A DNA stretch of 63,891 nt, filler included, from Sandaracinaceae bacterium (GTDB lineage Bacteria > Myxococcota_A > Polyangia > Polyangiales > JADJQN01), in assembly GCA_947483975.1 (NCBI GenBank). It is 4 parts of 4 records of this genome, joined end to end, with 100 filler letters (N's around TTAATTAATTAA, not from the genome) between each part and the next. Parts side by side here need not be neighbours in the genome. Positions count along the whole stretch, not along the records: positions 18,074 to 36,027 come from CANKOL010000068.1; positions 36,128 to 53,478 come from CANKOL010000070.1; 2 more parts are not named here. One strand, 5' to 3'. Each line of letters starts with the position of its first letter. Position 1 is the stretch's first letter. The notes beneath the pieces are model-generated. The model did no database searches. It was not told the DNA's origin and worked only from the letters and a program-made list of their open reading frames with translations. Below are positions 29,150-37,824 of the stretch, piece by piece. The position numbers were made by a program, and so were the translations under genes.

Positions 29150-30235
29150 ATGGACTCTCAGGCATCGTTGCGAGACAAGCTCGAAGATCGAGACGAAAAC
29201 GTGCGCGCGTTCGCCGCGGAGGACGCGGGCTTCGACGACCGCGCCGACGACGTCGCGCCGCTCGCAGAGCGCCTGTGGCGCGAGGGCTCGCGGCACGTCC
29301 GCGAGGCCATCGTCACTGCGCTGTCGCGGATGACGCACGCGAGCGTGTGCGAGCAGGCGCTCGCGCTGCTCGGGGCGGACGACGCCTTCCTGCGCAACGC
29401 CGGCGTCCAGGTGCTGCAATCGCGCGGTGAGGCAGGGGTGGAGTCGCTCCGGGGCGCCTTCGAGAGCGCACGCTCCGACGCCGACGTGCGCAAATTCCTG
29501 CTCGACGCGGCGTCCGTGATTCCGGGCGCGCGCGCCGAGGCGGTGCTGCTCGCGGGGCTCGACGACGAGGACGTCAACGTCCGCATCGCCGCGACGGAGT
29601 ACCTCGGGGAGCGCCTGCGCCCCGACCTCAAGCCGCACTTCGAGATGCTCGTGAAGAACGAGCGGGTCCCGATGCTCGTCTCGACGGCGCTCTCGGCGCT
29701 CGAGGAGATCGGCGACGAAGCGAGCTGGAGCGCCCTCGAGGCGCGACTCCTCGACCCGGAGGGCTTCCCCGCCTTCCTCGCCCCGCAGCTGCTGCGGGTG
29801 ATGGCGAAGTGCGCGCCGGAGAGCAGCCTCGATCAGTTCTTCGCGGGGCTGGAGCGCCTCGGCGCCGCGAGCCTCGGCGACTGGCTCGATGGGCTGGAGA
29901 CCTTCCACCGGCGGTTCGCCTTCCGCGAGCTGTCGTCGGCGCACTTCGCGATCCTGTCGGAGCTCGTGACCACCTGCCCGAGCCCGCTGACGCGCCTGCG
30001 ATTGCTGCGGCTGCTCGGCACGCTCGACCATCAGGCGGGGCTCGTCCCGCTCCTGCATACGGCCCTTCAGAGCCACGAGTCGATGGTCCGGCAGGGCGCG
30101 GCGCTCGGCCTCGCCGAGGTCGGGACCCCGGAGGCGCGCGCGCTCCTCACCGCGCGTCTCTCGTTCGAAGCCGACGAGGACGTACGCGCGACCATCGTCG
30201 CGAGCTTGGCGGTCGAAGCGGGGACGGTTGCGTGA
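29150..30235 (+). CDS. HEAT-repeat protein
   Basis: Repeats DENVRAFAAE, DAFLRNAG, DADVRKF, DVNVRIAATEYLG, ESMVRQGAALGLA; lies between cheB and cheR. Confidence 0.85.
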   Translation: MDSQASLRDKLEDRDENVRAFAAEDAGFDDRADDVAPLAERLWREGSRHVREAIVTALSRMTHASVCEQALALLGADDAFLRNAGVQVLQSRGEAGVESLRGAFESARSDADVRKFLLDAASVIPGARAEAVLLAGLDDEDVNVRIAATEYLGERLRPDLKPHFEMLVKNERVPMLVSTALSALEEIGDEASWSALEARLLDPEGFPAFLAPQLLRVMAKCAPESSLDQFFAGLERLGAASLGDWLDGLETFHRRFAFRELSSAHFAILSELVTTCPSPLTRLRLLRLLGTLDHQAGLVPLLHTALQSHESMVRQGAALGLAEVGTPEARALLTARLSFEADEDVRATIVASLAVEAGTVA

Positions 30236-31071
30236 TGGGGATGACCTCAAGGCAGTTCGATACGCTGCGCGACCTCATCTACAAGAGCCTCGGGCTCTTC
30301 TTCGAGGACGCGAAGATCGACTTCATGGACAAGCGCGTCGAGAAGCGGATGGCCGCGCTCGGCATGAACCGGGCGGAGGACTACGTCTTTCACCTGCGCT
30401 TCCTCGACGCTGATGGCCGCGAGATGCAGGCCCTCGCGAACCTCGTGACGACGAACGAGACGTATATGTTTCGGGAGTTCGAGCAGCTTCAGGCGTTCGC
30501 GGATCACTGCCTCCCGGAGGCGATCGAGCGGCGCGAGAAGAGCGGCCTGCGGCGCCTGCGCATCTGGTCGGCCGGCTGCTCCTCGGGTGAAGAGGCGTAT
30601 TCGCTCGCGGTCATCCTGCGCGAGGTGATGCACGACGTCGACGACTGGGACATTCGCATCTACGCCACCGACATCGACAACGAGCGCCTCGAGATGGCGC
30701 GCCGCGGTATCTACGGGCCCTACGCCGTCCGCGAGGTCCCGGACGCCTACGCAGCGGGGCACTTGATCCCCGCAGGGCTCGAGTCTTGGCGGATTCACCC
30801 GGACACCGCGAAGCTCGTCGAGGTCCGGCACATGAACCTGATGGACCGGGCGGCGACTCGCACGATGCGCGACATGGACTTCGTGTTCTGCCGCAACGTC
30901 CTCATCTACTTCGACGACACCTCTCGAAAGAGCGTCGTCGACCAGTTCTACAGCTGTCTGAGCCCAGGTGGGTTTCTCTATCTCGGTCACTCCGAGTCCG
31001 TCAGTCGTATCTCCACGGCCTTCAAGATTCGAAGGCTCGGCCCCCACCTCGTCTATTGCAAAGAGGCGTGA
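30235..31071 (+). CDS. cheR: Chemotaxis methyltransferase CheR
   Basis: TTNETYMFRE, IWSAGCSSGEEAYS, ATDID, FCRNVLIYF, LGHSES; start 30235 or 30241. Confidence 0.96.
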   Translation: MGMTSRQFDTLRDLIYKSLGLFFEDAKIDFMDKRVEKRMAALGMNRAEDYVFHLRFLDADGREMQALANLVTTNETYMFREFEQLQAFADHCLPEAIERREKSGLRRLRIWSAGCSSGEEAYSLAVILREVMHDVDDWDIRIYATDIDNERLEMARRGIYGPYAVREVPDAYAAGHLIPAGLESWRIHPDTAKLVEVRHMNLMDRAATRTMRDMDFVFCRNVLIYFDDTSRKSVVDQFYSCLSPGGFLYLGHSESVSRISTAFKIRRLGPHLVYCKEA

Positions 31072-31072
31072 C

Positions 31073-31450
31073 GTGAAGACCATTCTCATCGTCGATGACT
31101 CGCGCACTTCACGCCAATACCACTCTGCGATCGTCGCCTCTGCGGGCTACGAGGTCCTCACCGCCAACGACGGCGCGGCGGGCCTCGAGAAGCTCTTCAT
31201 GCACCGGTGTGATCTCATCCTCACCGACATCAACATGCAGGGGCTCGACGGCTACGAGTTCATTCGGCGGGTGCGCGCCTCCGCCGAGCACCCGGCGGTG
31301 CCGATCATCATCGTCTCCACCGAGGGGCAGGACGACGACAAGACCAAGGGCTATGCGGCGGGCGCGAACCTCTACGTCGTCAAGCCCACCGACCCGACGG
31401 AGCTGCTCGGCTACGTCCGCATGATGCTCGGAGACGGCCGATGGCTATGA
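31073..31450 (+). CDS. cheY: Single-domain response regulator (CheY-like 1)
   Basis: GTG start; ILIVDDS, LTDINM, ST, YVVKP. Confidence 0.85.
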   Translation: MKTILIVDDSRTSRQYHSAIVASAGYEVLTANDGAAGLEKLFMHRCDLILTDINMQGLDGYEFIRRVRASAEHPAVPIIIVSTEGQDDDKTKGYAAGANLYVVKPTDPTELLGYVRMMLGDGRWL

Positions 31451-31737
31451 CCGTCACCACGGACGGGCTCCTCGTCCGCGCGACGCTCTCCGGGGACCTC
31501 TCCGTCGCGGACGTCGCGGAACTCAAAGGGCAGCTGCTCCCTGCGCTCGACGCAGAGGGGACGCTGCTCGTCGACGCCGAGCACCTGACGCGCCTCGACA
31601 CCAGCGTCGTGCAGCTCTTTCTCTACGCCGCGCGGTGCGTGCGCGCGCTGCGCGTCGAGGTGGGCTCGCCCGCCTGGGTGAGCGCGTGGGCGACGCTCGG
31701 GCTGTCGCCCTCTGAACAAGCTTCCACGACGGAGTAG
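31447..31737 (+). CDS. STAS-domain protein
   Basis: LSGDLSVADV...LLVDAEHLTRLDTSVVQLFL STAS pattern; ATGA overlap with the upstream cheY. Confidence 0.82.
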   Translation: MTVTTDGLLVRATLSGDLSVADVAELKGQLLPALDAEGTLLVDAEHLTRLDTSVVQLFLYAARCVRALRVEVGSPAWVSAWATLGLSPSEQASTTE

Positions 31738-31742
31738 CAGCC

Positions 31743-32111
31743 ATGTCCAAGAGCATCCTCACGGTAGATGACTCGCTCAGCATTCGGCAGACGGTGCGGC
31801 TCGCGCTCTCGTCGGCGGGGTACAGCGTCGTCGAGGCGTCCGGCGGAGCGGTCGCGCTCGAGGAGTGCGCGAAGACGAACTTCGACGTCGTGATCACCGA
31901 CCTCAACATGCCCGAGATGGACGGGATCGAGCTGATTCGGCGGATGCGCGCGCTGCCCCGCTACAAGTTCGTGCCGATCCTGATGCTGACCACCGACTCG
32001 CAGCAGGAGAAGAAGCTGCAGGGCAAGGCGGCTGGCGCGACGGGCTGGATCGTCAAGCCGTTCACTCCGACTCAGCTCGTCGCGACCATTCAGAAGGTGT
32101 GCCCTTCGTGA
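31743..32111 (+). CDS. cheY: Chemotaxis response regulator CheY 2
   Basis: MSKSILTVDDS, ITDLNMP, MLTT, GATGWIVKPF. Confidence 0.92.
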   Translation: MSKSILTVDDSLSIRQTVRLALSSAGYSVVEASGGAVALEECAKTNFDVVITDLNMPEMDGIELIRRMRALPRYKFVPILMLTTDSQQEKKLQGKAAGATGWIVKPFTPTQLVATIQKVCPS

Positions 32112-32155
32112 GCGCCCGCTCGGTCCCGTGAGATGACCCCCCACCGAGCGCGCCC

Positions 32156-33943
32156 GTGACCGCCGCCGAGAGCCCCGAGGAGCTCCTGCGGCGCGTCCTC
32201 TCCCCGCTGCAAAGGCAGCGGGACGCCGTGCGTCGCGCGGCCGCGGACGTCGACGGGACCTTCGTCACGCTCGGGGACGCGCTCGGGGAGCTCGTCGGCG
32301 ATGGGAGCTCGCTCGCCGAGCGCGCGCGCGAGCTCGATGGCTTCGTGCGCGAGAAGACGGCGCTCGTCGGCGCGTATCAGCTCTTCAAGAAGTCCGTCGA
32401 CCTCGCGGAGGCGAACATCGAGCGCACCGAGGAGATCGAGGCGGGGCTCGTGGAGGTGACCGCGAAGCTCCATCGCACCGGCGAGCTGCGGGAGGCGTTC
32501 GGCGACGCGGTGCGGATGTTCTGGATGCTCGCGACGGCCATCCGCATCGAGGCGGCCCGGCTGCCCGCAGGGGAGCGCGAGGGGATCCTGCACCTCGTCG
32601 AGGGGATGAACCAAGTCCACGGGCAGCTGAAGTCGATCGTCGGCGAGCAGTTCGCCGGGCTCGACGCGATCAACAAGCGCCTGCTCGAGATCGGCGGCCA
32701 CGCGGACGTGCTCTGCGCGGAAAATCGGCGCTGCGTGCGGGACTCCTGGACGCAGCTTCGCGCGCTCCTCGACTCGTTTCAGGCGGCGCTCGATGGCGTC
32801 TCGTCGTTCTGCGACGACACGGCCGCGCAGACGCTCGAGATGCGCGCTCGCTTCGACGAGATCCTCGTCGCGCTGCAGTTTCAGGACATCGTCCGGCAGA
32901 AGCTCGAGCACGTCGGCGCCGCGTGCGAGCAGGCGCTCCTGCCCGTCGAGGGAGAGCCGCTCGAGCTGCACCTCGCGTTTCTGCATCACCTCGCGCTCCT
33001 GCAAGAGGCGCAGCTCGGCGAGGCGCTCCGCGACCTGACGCGCGCCGAGCGCACCATCCTCGACAACGCCGCGCGGCTGCTCGCCTCGTCGGGGCACGCG
33101 CTGCGCACGACGCGGGAGCTGCACGCCGGGATCGTCGGCGCGCTCCGCGGCTCGAGCGCGGCAGAGCGCTTCATCGCGACGCTCGACGAGCTGCACCACA
33201 CGATCTCATCGACCTCGGGCATCGCCAACGAGGTCAGCGTCGCGGTCGAGCGCGTCCGCCTGCAGGTGCTCGAGCAGGGGCGCGCGATGGGGAAGTTCAC
33301 CTACGATCTGCGGCGCATCGCGCTCAACGCGCAGATCCACGCGGCGCGCGTCTCGAGCGGGCACGCGCTCGAGGTCCTCGCTGCCGAGAGCCGCTCCAAT
33401 TCGGAGGAGACGCGCGCGCTGACGGAGCGCCTGCTCGCCGACGTGCGCGCCGCGATGCCGACGCTCGAGCGCGTCCGCGCGACGCTCGACGACCTGCTCT
33501 CGCTCTCGGGGCGCGAGGCGCCGGCGCTCAGCGCCGAGTCGCGCGAGGTCAGCGCCGAGGTCGACGCGATGGTCACGCTCGCGTCGGGCAGCTTCGTCGC
33601 GACCGAGGCGAGCTTCGAGGCGCTGCGCGGCAAGGTGCAGTTCTCCGTGGCGGGCGTCGCCTTCGGAGCGCGGGTCGTCGGCAGGCTCGAGGAGGCGCAG
33701 CGCTGCTTCGCCTGGGTGTCGCGCCTGACTGAGCCGTGGGCGGAGCGCGGCGCGAACGACCCGCGCATCGCCGAGCGCGTCCGGGCGCTGCGCACGACCT
33801 ACGTCATGCGGGACCAGCGGGTCGTGCACGACGCGGTGACGACGGAGCTCTTCGGGACGCCCGGGGGCGACGTCGACTTGCCGCCGATGGCGCCCGTCGC
33901 GGCCACCGCCTCGGAGCTCGGCGACAACGTGGAGCTGTTCTAG
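32156..33943 (+). CDS. Divergent soluble MCP-like protein with C-terminal NVELF
   Basis: Degenerate tips (MLATAIRIEAARL; IALNAQIHAARVSSGHALEVLA), LQFQDIVRQKLEHV, YVMRDQRVVH, terminal LGDNVELF. Confidence 0.8.
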   Translation: MTAAESPEELLRRVLSPLQRQRDAVRRAAADVDGTFVTLGDALGELVGDGSSLAERARELDGFVREKTALVGAYQLFKKSVDLAEANIERTEEIEAGLVEVTAKLHRTGELREAFGDAVRMFWMLATAIRIEAARLPAGEREGILHLVEGMNQVHGQLKSIVGEQFAGLDAINKRLLEIGGHADVLCAENRRCVRDSWTQLRALLDSFQAALDGVSSFCDDTAAQTLEMRARFDEILVALQFQDIVRQKLEHVGAACEQALLPVEGEPLELHLAFLHHLALLQEAQLGEALRDLTRAERTILDNAARLLASSGHALRTTRELHAGIVGALRGSSAAERFIATLDELHHTISSTSGIANEVSVAVERVRLQVLEQGRAMGKFTYDLRRIALNAQIHAARVSSGHALEVLAAESRSNSEETRALTERLLADVRAAMPTLERVRATLDDLLSLSGREAPALSAESREVSAEVDAMVTLASGSFVATEASFEALRGKVQFSVAGVAFGARVVGRLEEAQRCFAWVSRLTEPWAERGANDPRIAERVRALRTTYVMRDQRVVHDAVTTELFGTPGGDVDLPPMAPVAATASELGDNVELF

Positions 33944-33955
33944 GAGGACCGGAAG

Positions 33956-34426
33956 ATGACGGACTTTCCGACGAACGAGAGGCAAACCCTCGAGGTCGCG
34001 CGAGCGTCGGACGTCGTGCGCGCGCGGCAGCTGGGGCATGACCTCGCGCAGGCGATGGGCTTCGACCGAGGCGCGCAGACGCGCATCGGGACGGCGATCT
34101 CCGAGATCACGCGCAACGCCCTGCGCCACTCGGGCAAGGTCGGCACGCTGAGCCTCGAGCCCATCGTGCGCGGCGGCCGCTGCGGGCTGCGGATCGTCGT
34201 CTCAGACGCGGGCTGCGGCATCGCGAACCTCGCGTCCGTGTCGCAGGGGGCGGCGCGGTCCGTGATGAGCCTCGGCGCCGGGCTGCCCGGAGCGCGCCGC
34301 TTGATGGACGAGTTCGAGGTCGAGACCCACGCGGGCCAGGGCACGACCGTCCGCATGACCCAGTGGCTACCACCCGGAAGCGCATCGCTGACGGGAGCTG
34401 TCGCGGCCGCCGCGACGATCGGCTGA
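33956..34426 (+). CDS. RsbT-like anti-sigma factor / Ser-Thr kinase (GHKL)
   Basis: DVVRARQ, TAISEITRNAL, VSDAGCGI, SLGAGLPGARRLMDEFEVET..GTTV match the RsbT pattern. Confidence 0.85.
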   Translation: MTDFPTNERQTLEVARASDVVRARQLGHDLAQAMGFDRGAQTRIGTAISEITRNALRHSGKVGTLSLEPIVRGGRCGLRIVVSDAGCGIANLASVSQGAARSVMSLGAGLPGARRLMDEFEVETHAGQGTTVRMTQWLPPGSASLTGAVAAAATIG

Positions 34427-34438
34427 GAGGACCCCGCG

Positions 34439-36027
34439 ATGGCTCATTCCCCCTCCGACATTCTCGAGCTCACCCGGGCGGCCTTCCGCCAGGAGGCCGA
34501 GGACCTCCTCTCGGAGCTCGACACCGCGCTGCTCCAGCTCGAGGGCTCGCCCACCGACGGCGACTCGCTCAACCGCGCGTTTCGCGCGATGCACACGCTC
34601 AAGGGCTCCGGCGCGACCGCGGGCTTCGTCGAGGTGTCCACGGTCGTCCACGACGTCGAGAACATCTTCAACGGCGCGCGCGACGGGCGGCTCACGATCA
34701 CCTCGCCGATCATCGACCTCGTGCTCAAGGTCGGCGACGTCGTCCGGCGGATGCTGGCCGCCTCGCGCGCCGAGAACGCGCGCCTGCTCGACGAGGGCAT
34801 GACGCTCGTCGCTGAGCTCGAGGGGCTCGTCGGGCCCGCGAGCGTGCCTCCGGCGCCCCGCGTGCCGAGCCTGACGGGCCCCGCGCTCGACCCGCGGCGC
34901 AGCGCGTCCGCGGCCGAGGAGCCCGACCTCTGGGCGATCCACTTCGCGCCCGACGCGCGGATCTTTCACTCCGGCAACGACCCGCTCGCGCTCCTGCGGG
35001 AGCTGCTGGCGCTCGGCTGTGGGCTCGTGCGCGCGAGCACGGACAAGCTCTTCGCCGAGGCGGACCCCGACCCGGAGCTCTGCTATCTGTCGTGGGATAT
35101 CCAGCTCGCAGCGGCCGTCTCGCGCGACGAGGTGCGCGAGGTGTTCCTCTTCGTCGAGGACGAGTCCGACCTCCGCATCGAGCGGGTCCCCGTCGGGCAA
35201 GCGTGGGTGCTGCCCGCCGACGCGTACTTCGAGCCGAGCACGGCGAAGGACTTCCGCGAGGAGGCGATCGAGGACATCGCCGAGCTCGAGGCGCACACGC
35301 TCGGTCTCGAGGAGCTGCCGTTCGATCGCGAGCGCCTCGCGGGGCTCAAGCGGACGCTGCACAACCTCAAGGGCGTCAGCGGCTTGATGCTCAGCGATAT
35401 GCGGCGGCAGGCGCCGGCGCGTCACCCGCTCCGCGCGATGAGCGAGCTCTGCCACGCGGCTGAGACGTACCTCGTGGACTTCGGCGACGATCCCTCGGGC
35501 GCGTCGTCGGAGGAGACGTCGGAGGTCCTGCTCGAGACCGTCGACTGGCTGAAGTCCCTCGTCCACGCGTTCGATGACGGCGGGGACGAGTGGCCCGCGG
35601 AGCTGCTCGTGAAGCTCGGCGCCGCGAGCCGCGCGCTCCCGCAGGCCCTCCCGCAGGCGCCCGCGCAGCGCTCGATGCTCGCCTCGATCCTCAGCCAGTG
35701 TCAGGACGTCATGCGCTCGATCGAGGCGCGGAGGCTCCCCGACGCGCTGCCCTCGGTCCTCGACTGGCAGATGCTGACGCGCGCGCTGAGCACCCTGACC
35801 AAGGCGACCGCCTTCGAGGGCGCGGCGAAGACCTCCGCGCAGCTCCAAGCCGTCGTGGCGCTCTGCGAGGCGGGCGCGCGGGGTGAGCTCGAGACCTCGT
35901 GGGAAGAGTTCCGCGACCGCTCCCGCGCCGCGCTGAGCGGCCTCGATGCGCAGGCCACCGCGCGCGCGCCGTCCATCGCGCCGCCACGCTCGCCGTCGCT
36001 CGCGCCGTCGCACACCCCGTCGACCTC
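34439..36027 (+). CDS. cheA: CheA N-terminal region with several Hpt domains (truncated by contig end)
   Basis: Hpt1 FRAMHTLKGS; P2-like FAPDARIFHSGNDPLALLREL..DPELCYLSW; Hpt2 RTLHNLKGV. Kinase core lies beyond the gap. Confidence 0.85.
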
Positions 36028-36127
36028 NNNNNNNNNNNNNNNNNNNNNNNNNNNNNNNNNNNNNNNNNNNNTTAATTAATTAANNNNNNNNNNNNNNNNN
36101 NNNNNNNNNNNNNNNNNNNNNNNNNNN
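36028..36127. other. Artificial contig linker
   Basis: N-run + TTAATTAATTAA + N-run. Confidence 0.97.
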
Positions 36128-36328
36128 GAGGTGCTCGCCGCCGAGCTCGGCGCGCCCTGCGCCGTCGCCGTGCCGCACCGCGACACGCTGCTCGCGTGCG
36201 GCGCCAACGACGTGCTCGCCGTCGGGGCGCTGACGGCGCGCGCGCGCGATGACGCGGCCCGCGCGCCCCATCGCATCAGCGACGCGGTGTTCGTGCTGGA
36301 TGCGGGCGGCCTGCTGGGGCTGCGCTGA
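36128..36328 (+). CDS. C-terminal fragment, DUF1444/YtpQ-like protein
   Basis: AVAVPHRDTLLAC...APHRISDAVF pattern; open from the contig edge. Confidence 0.55.
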   Translation, partial: EVLAAELGAPCAVAVPHRDTLLACGANDVLAVGALTARARDDAARAPHRISDAVFVLDAGGLLGLR

Positions 36329-36349
36329 GCGTCGAACGAGGGCCGCGCG

Positions 36350-37654
36350 TCAGCGACCGTTCGAGTGCGCGCTCGGCCCTGTGTTGTTGCCGGGCCCGTG
36401 GGACTCCGCCGCCTGGCGCAGCAGAGCCTCCTGCGGCTCGGTGAACTCCAGCCCGAGGTAGCCGGGGCGCGCGTGCCGCACGATCGCGCGGAACGCCTCG
36501 GGATGCCCCTGGATTCGCAGCTCGACACGGTCGCCCTGCACCGACACCACCGGCGTCGCCACGAGCACGCCGGAGAGCGAGACGTCCACCACCCGGACGG
36601 GCGCGGCGCCCGAGGGGCCGTGGAGCGTGGCGGGCCAGGTCACCGCGTGCCGCGCGTCGCGGCGGAGATACGCCGCAAACTCGCCGCCGAACTCGTCGTC
36701 TTTGACCGTGACGGGGACAGGGGTCTCCGTGAGCGCCCGCGCATCGCGGAGCGCGCTGAGGTTCGTGCTGACGACATGCTCGGCGAGGCGACCAAACGCC
36801 TGCGCCACGGGCCCGACGGGCCGTAGGAGGAGGTACGGCTTTCGCACCGTCACGGACTGATGAATGCCCTGGTCAAACGGCAACTCGGCGACCACCGGGA
36901 GCGTAATGCCGAGGAAATCGCGGGCCATGCGCGAGAGCCCGAAGAGGACGTTGCGTTGGCCGGCGTTCTCGAGCTGGTTGCCGACGATCGCGCCGCCAAA
37001 GCCGCCGAGGATCCGCCGCATACGCTCGGCGAGCTGCGCGTCTTGCAGGTCGACGCGCGCCAAGGTGTGCCCGACGCGCTCCGTCTCGGTGCGGTCGGTC
37101 GAGCCGGTCAACAGCTCGCGCTCCGCCTCGTCGTGCGCCGCCGCCCGGAGCGCCCGGTAGACGGCGCCCTTCGTGAACCCGTAGGCGTTCTGCAGGGAGG
37201 TGAGCTGCGGCGACGCGACCACGTAGCGCACGTCGGCCACGTCGAAGAGGTCTAGCGTGTTGAACGAGGTGCCGGCGCCGACGTCGACGACGATCACCTC
37301 GGCGTCGATGCGCCGGATGTGGCCTATCAGCTTCGTCTTCTGCGCGTGCCCGAGGTTCGCCGCCCCCACCACTGCGCCGGTCCCCGGGACGAGGAAGAGA
37401 CGCGGCTCGCCGGTCGGGATCGAGACCTCCTCGAGGTTCGCCGCCCGCTTGTCGATCAGCGCTCCGAGCGTCGCGCCCGGCTGGTCGATGCCGAACATCG
37501 TGTGGAGGTTCGCGGCGCCGAGGTCGCCGTCCACCAGCACTGTACGCATCCCCAGACGCGCGAGCGCGATGCCGAGGTTGGCGGCGACGAGGCTCTTGCC
37601 CACGCCTCCTTTGCCCCCTCCGCACGCAACGACTAGCGCGCCCGACTTCTGCAT
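36350..37654 (-). CDS. FlhG/FleN/MinD-family ATPase with C-terminal PilZ domain
   Basis: Deviant Walker A GGKGGVGKS, DGDLGAANLH, DVGAGTSFNTLDLF; PilZ motifs RRDAR and DVSLSG, terminal GLEF strand. Confidence 0.88.
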   Translation of the reverse strand: MQKSGALVVACGGGKGGVGKSLVAANLGIALARLGMRTVLVDGDLGAANLHTMFGIDQPGATLGALIDKRAANLEEVSIPTGEPRLFLVPGTGAVVGAANLGHAQKTKLIGHIRRIDAEVIVVDVGAGTSFNTLDLFDVADVRYVVASPQLTSLQNAYGFTKGAVYRALRAAAHDEAERELLTGSTDRTETERVGHTLARVDLQDAQLAERMRRILGGFGGAIVGNQLENAGQRNVLFGLSRMARDFLGITLPVVAELPFDQGIHQSVTVRKPYLLLRPVGPVAQAFGRLAEHVVSTNLSALRDARALTETPVPVTVKDDEFGGEFAAYLRRDARHAVTWPATLHGPSGAAPVRVVDVSLSGVLVATPVVSVQGDRVELRIQGHPEAFRAIVRHARPGYLGLEFTEPQEALLRQAAESHGPGNNTGPSAHSNGR

Positions 37655-37824
37655 GCGGCCCTCCAGCGGACCACGCAGCCCGCCCGCGTGGAACGGTCGG
37701 ACGAGCCCGCCGCTTGAGGGCAGCGTGGCACATTGAGACGAATTCGGGACGCCAATCTGTGCTCTGCATCACCAGGCGCCGAGGGCGGCATTGACCCCCC
37801 TGGCGGGCTCTGCGACGCTGCCGC

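Noticed and set aside
34439..36027. cheA, bamA and two kinases lacking their 3' ends as possible pseudogenes
   Set aside because: Truncations coincide with contig ends.
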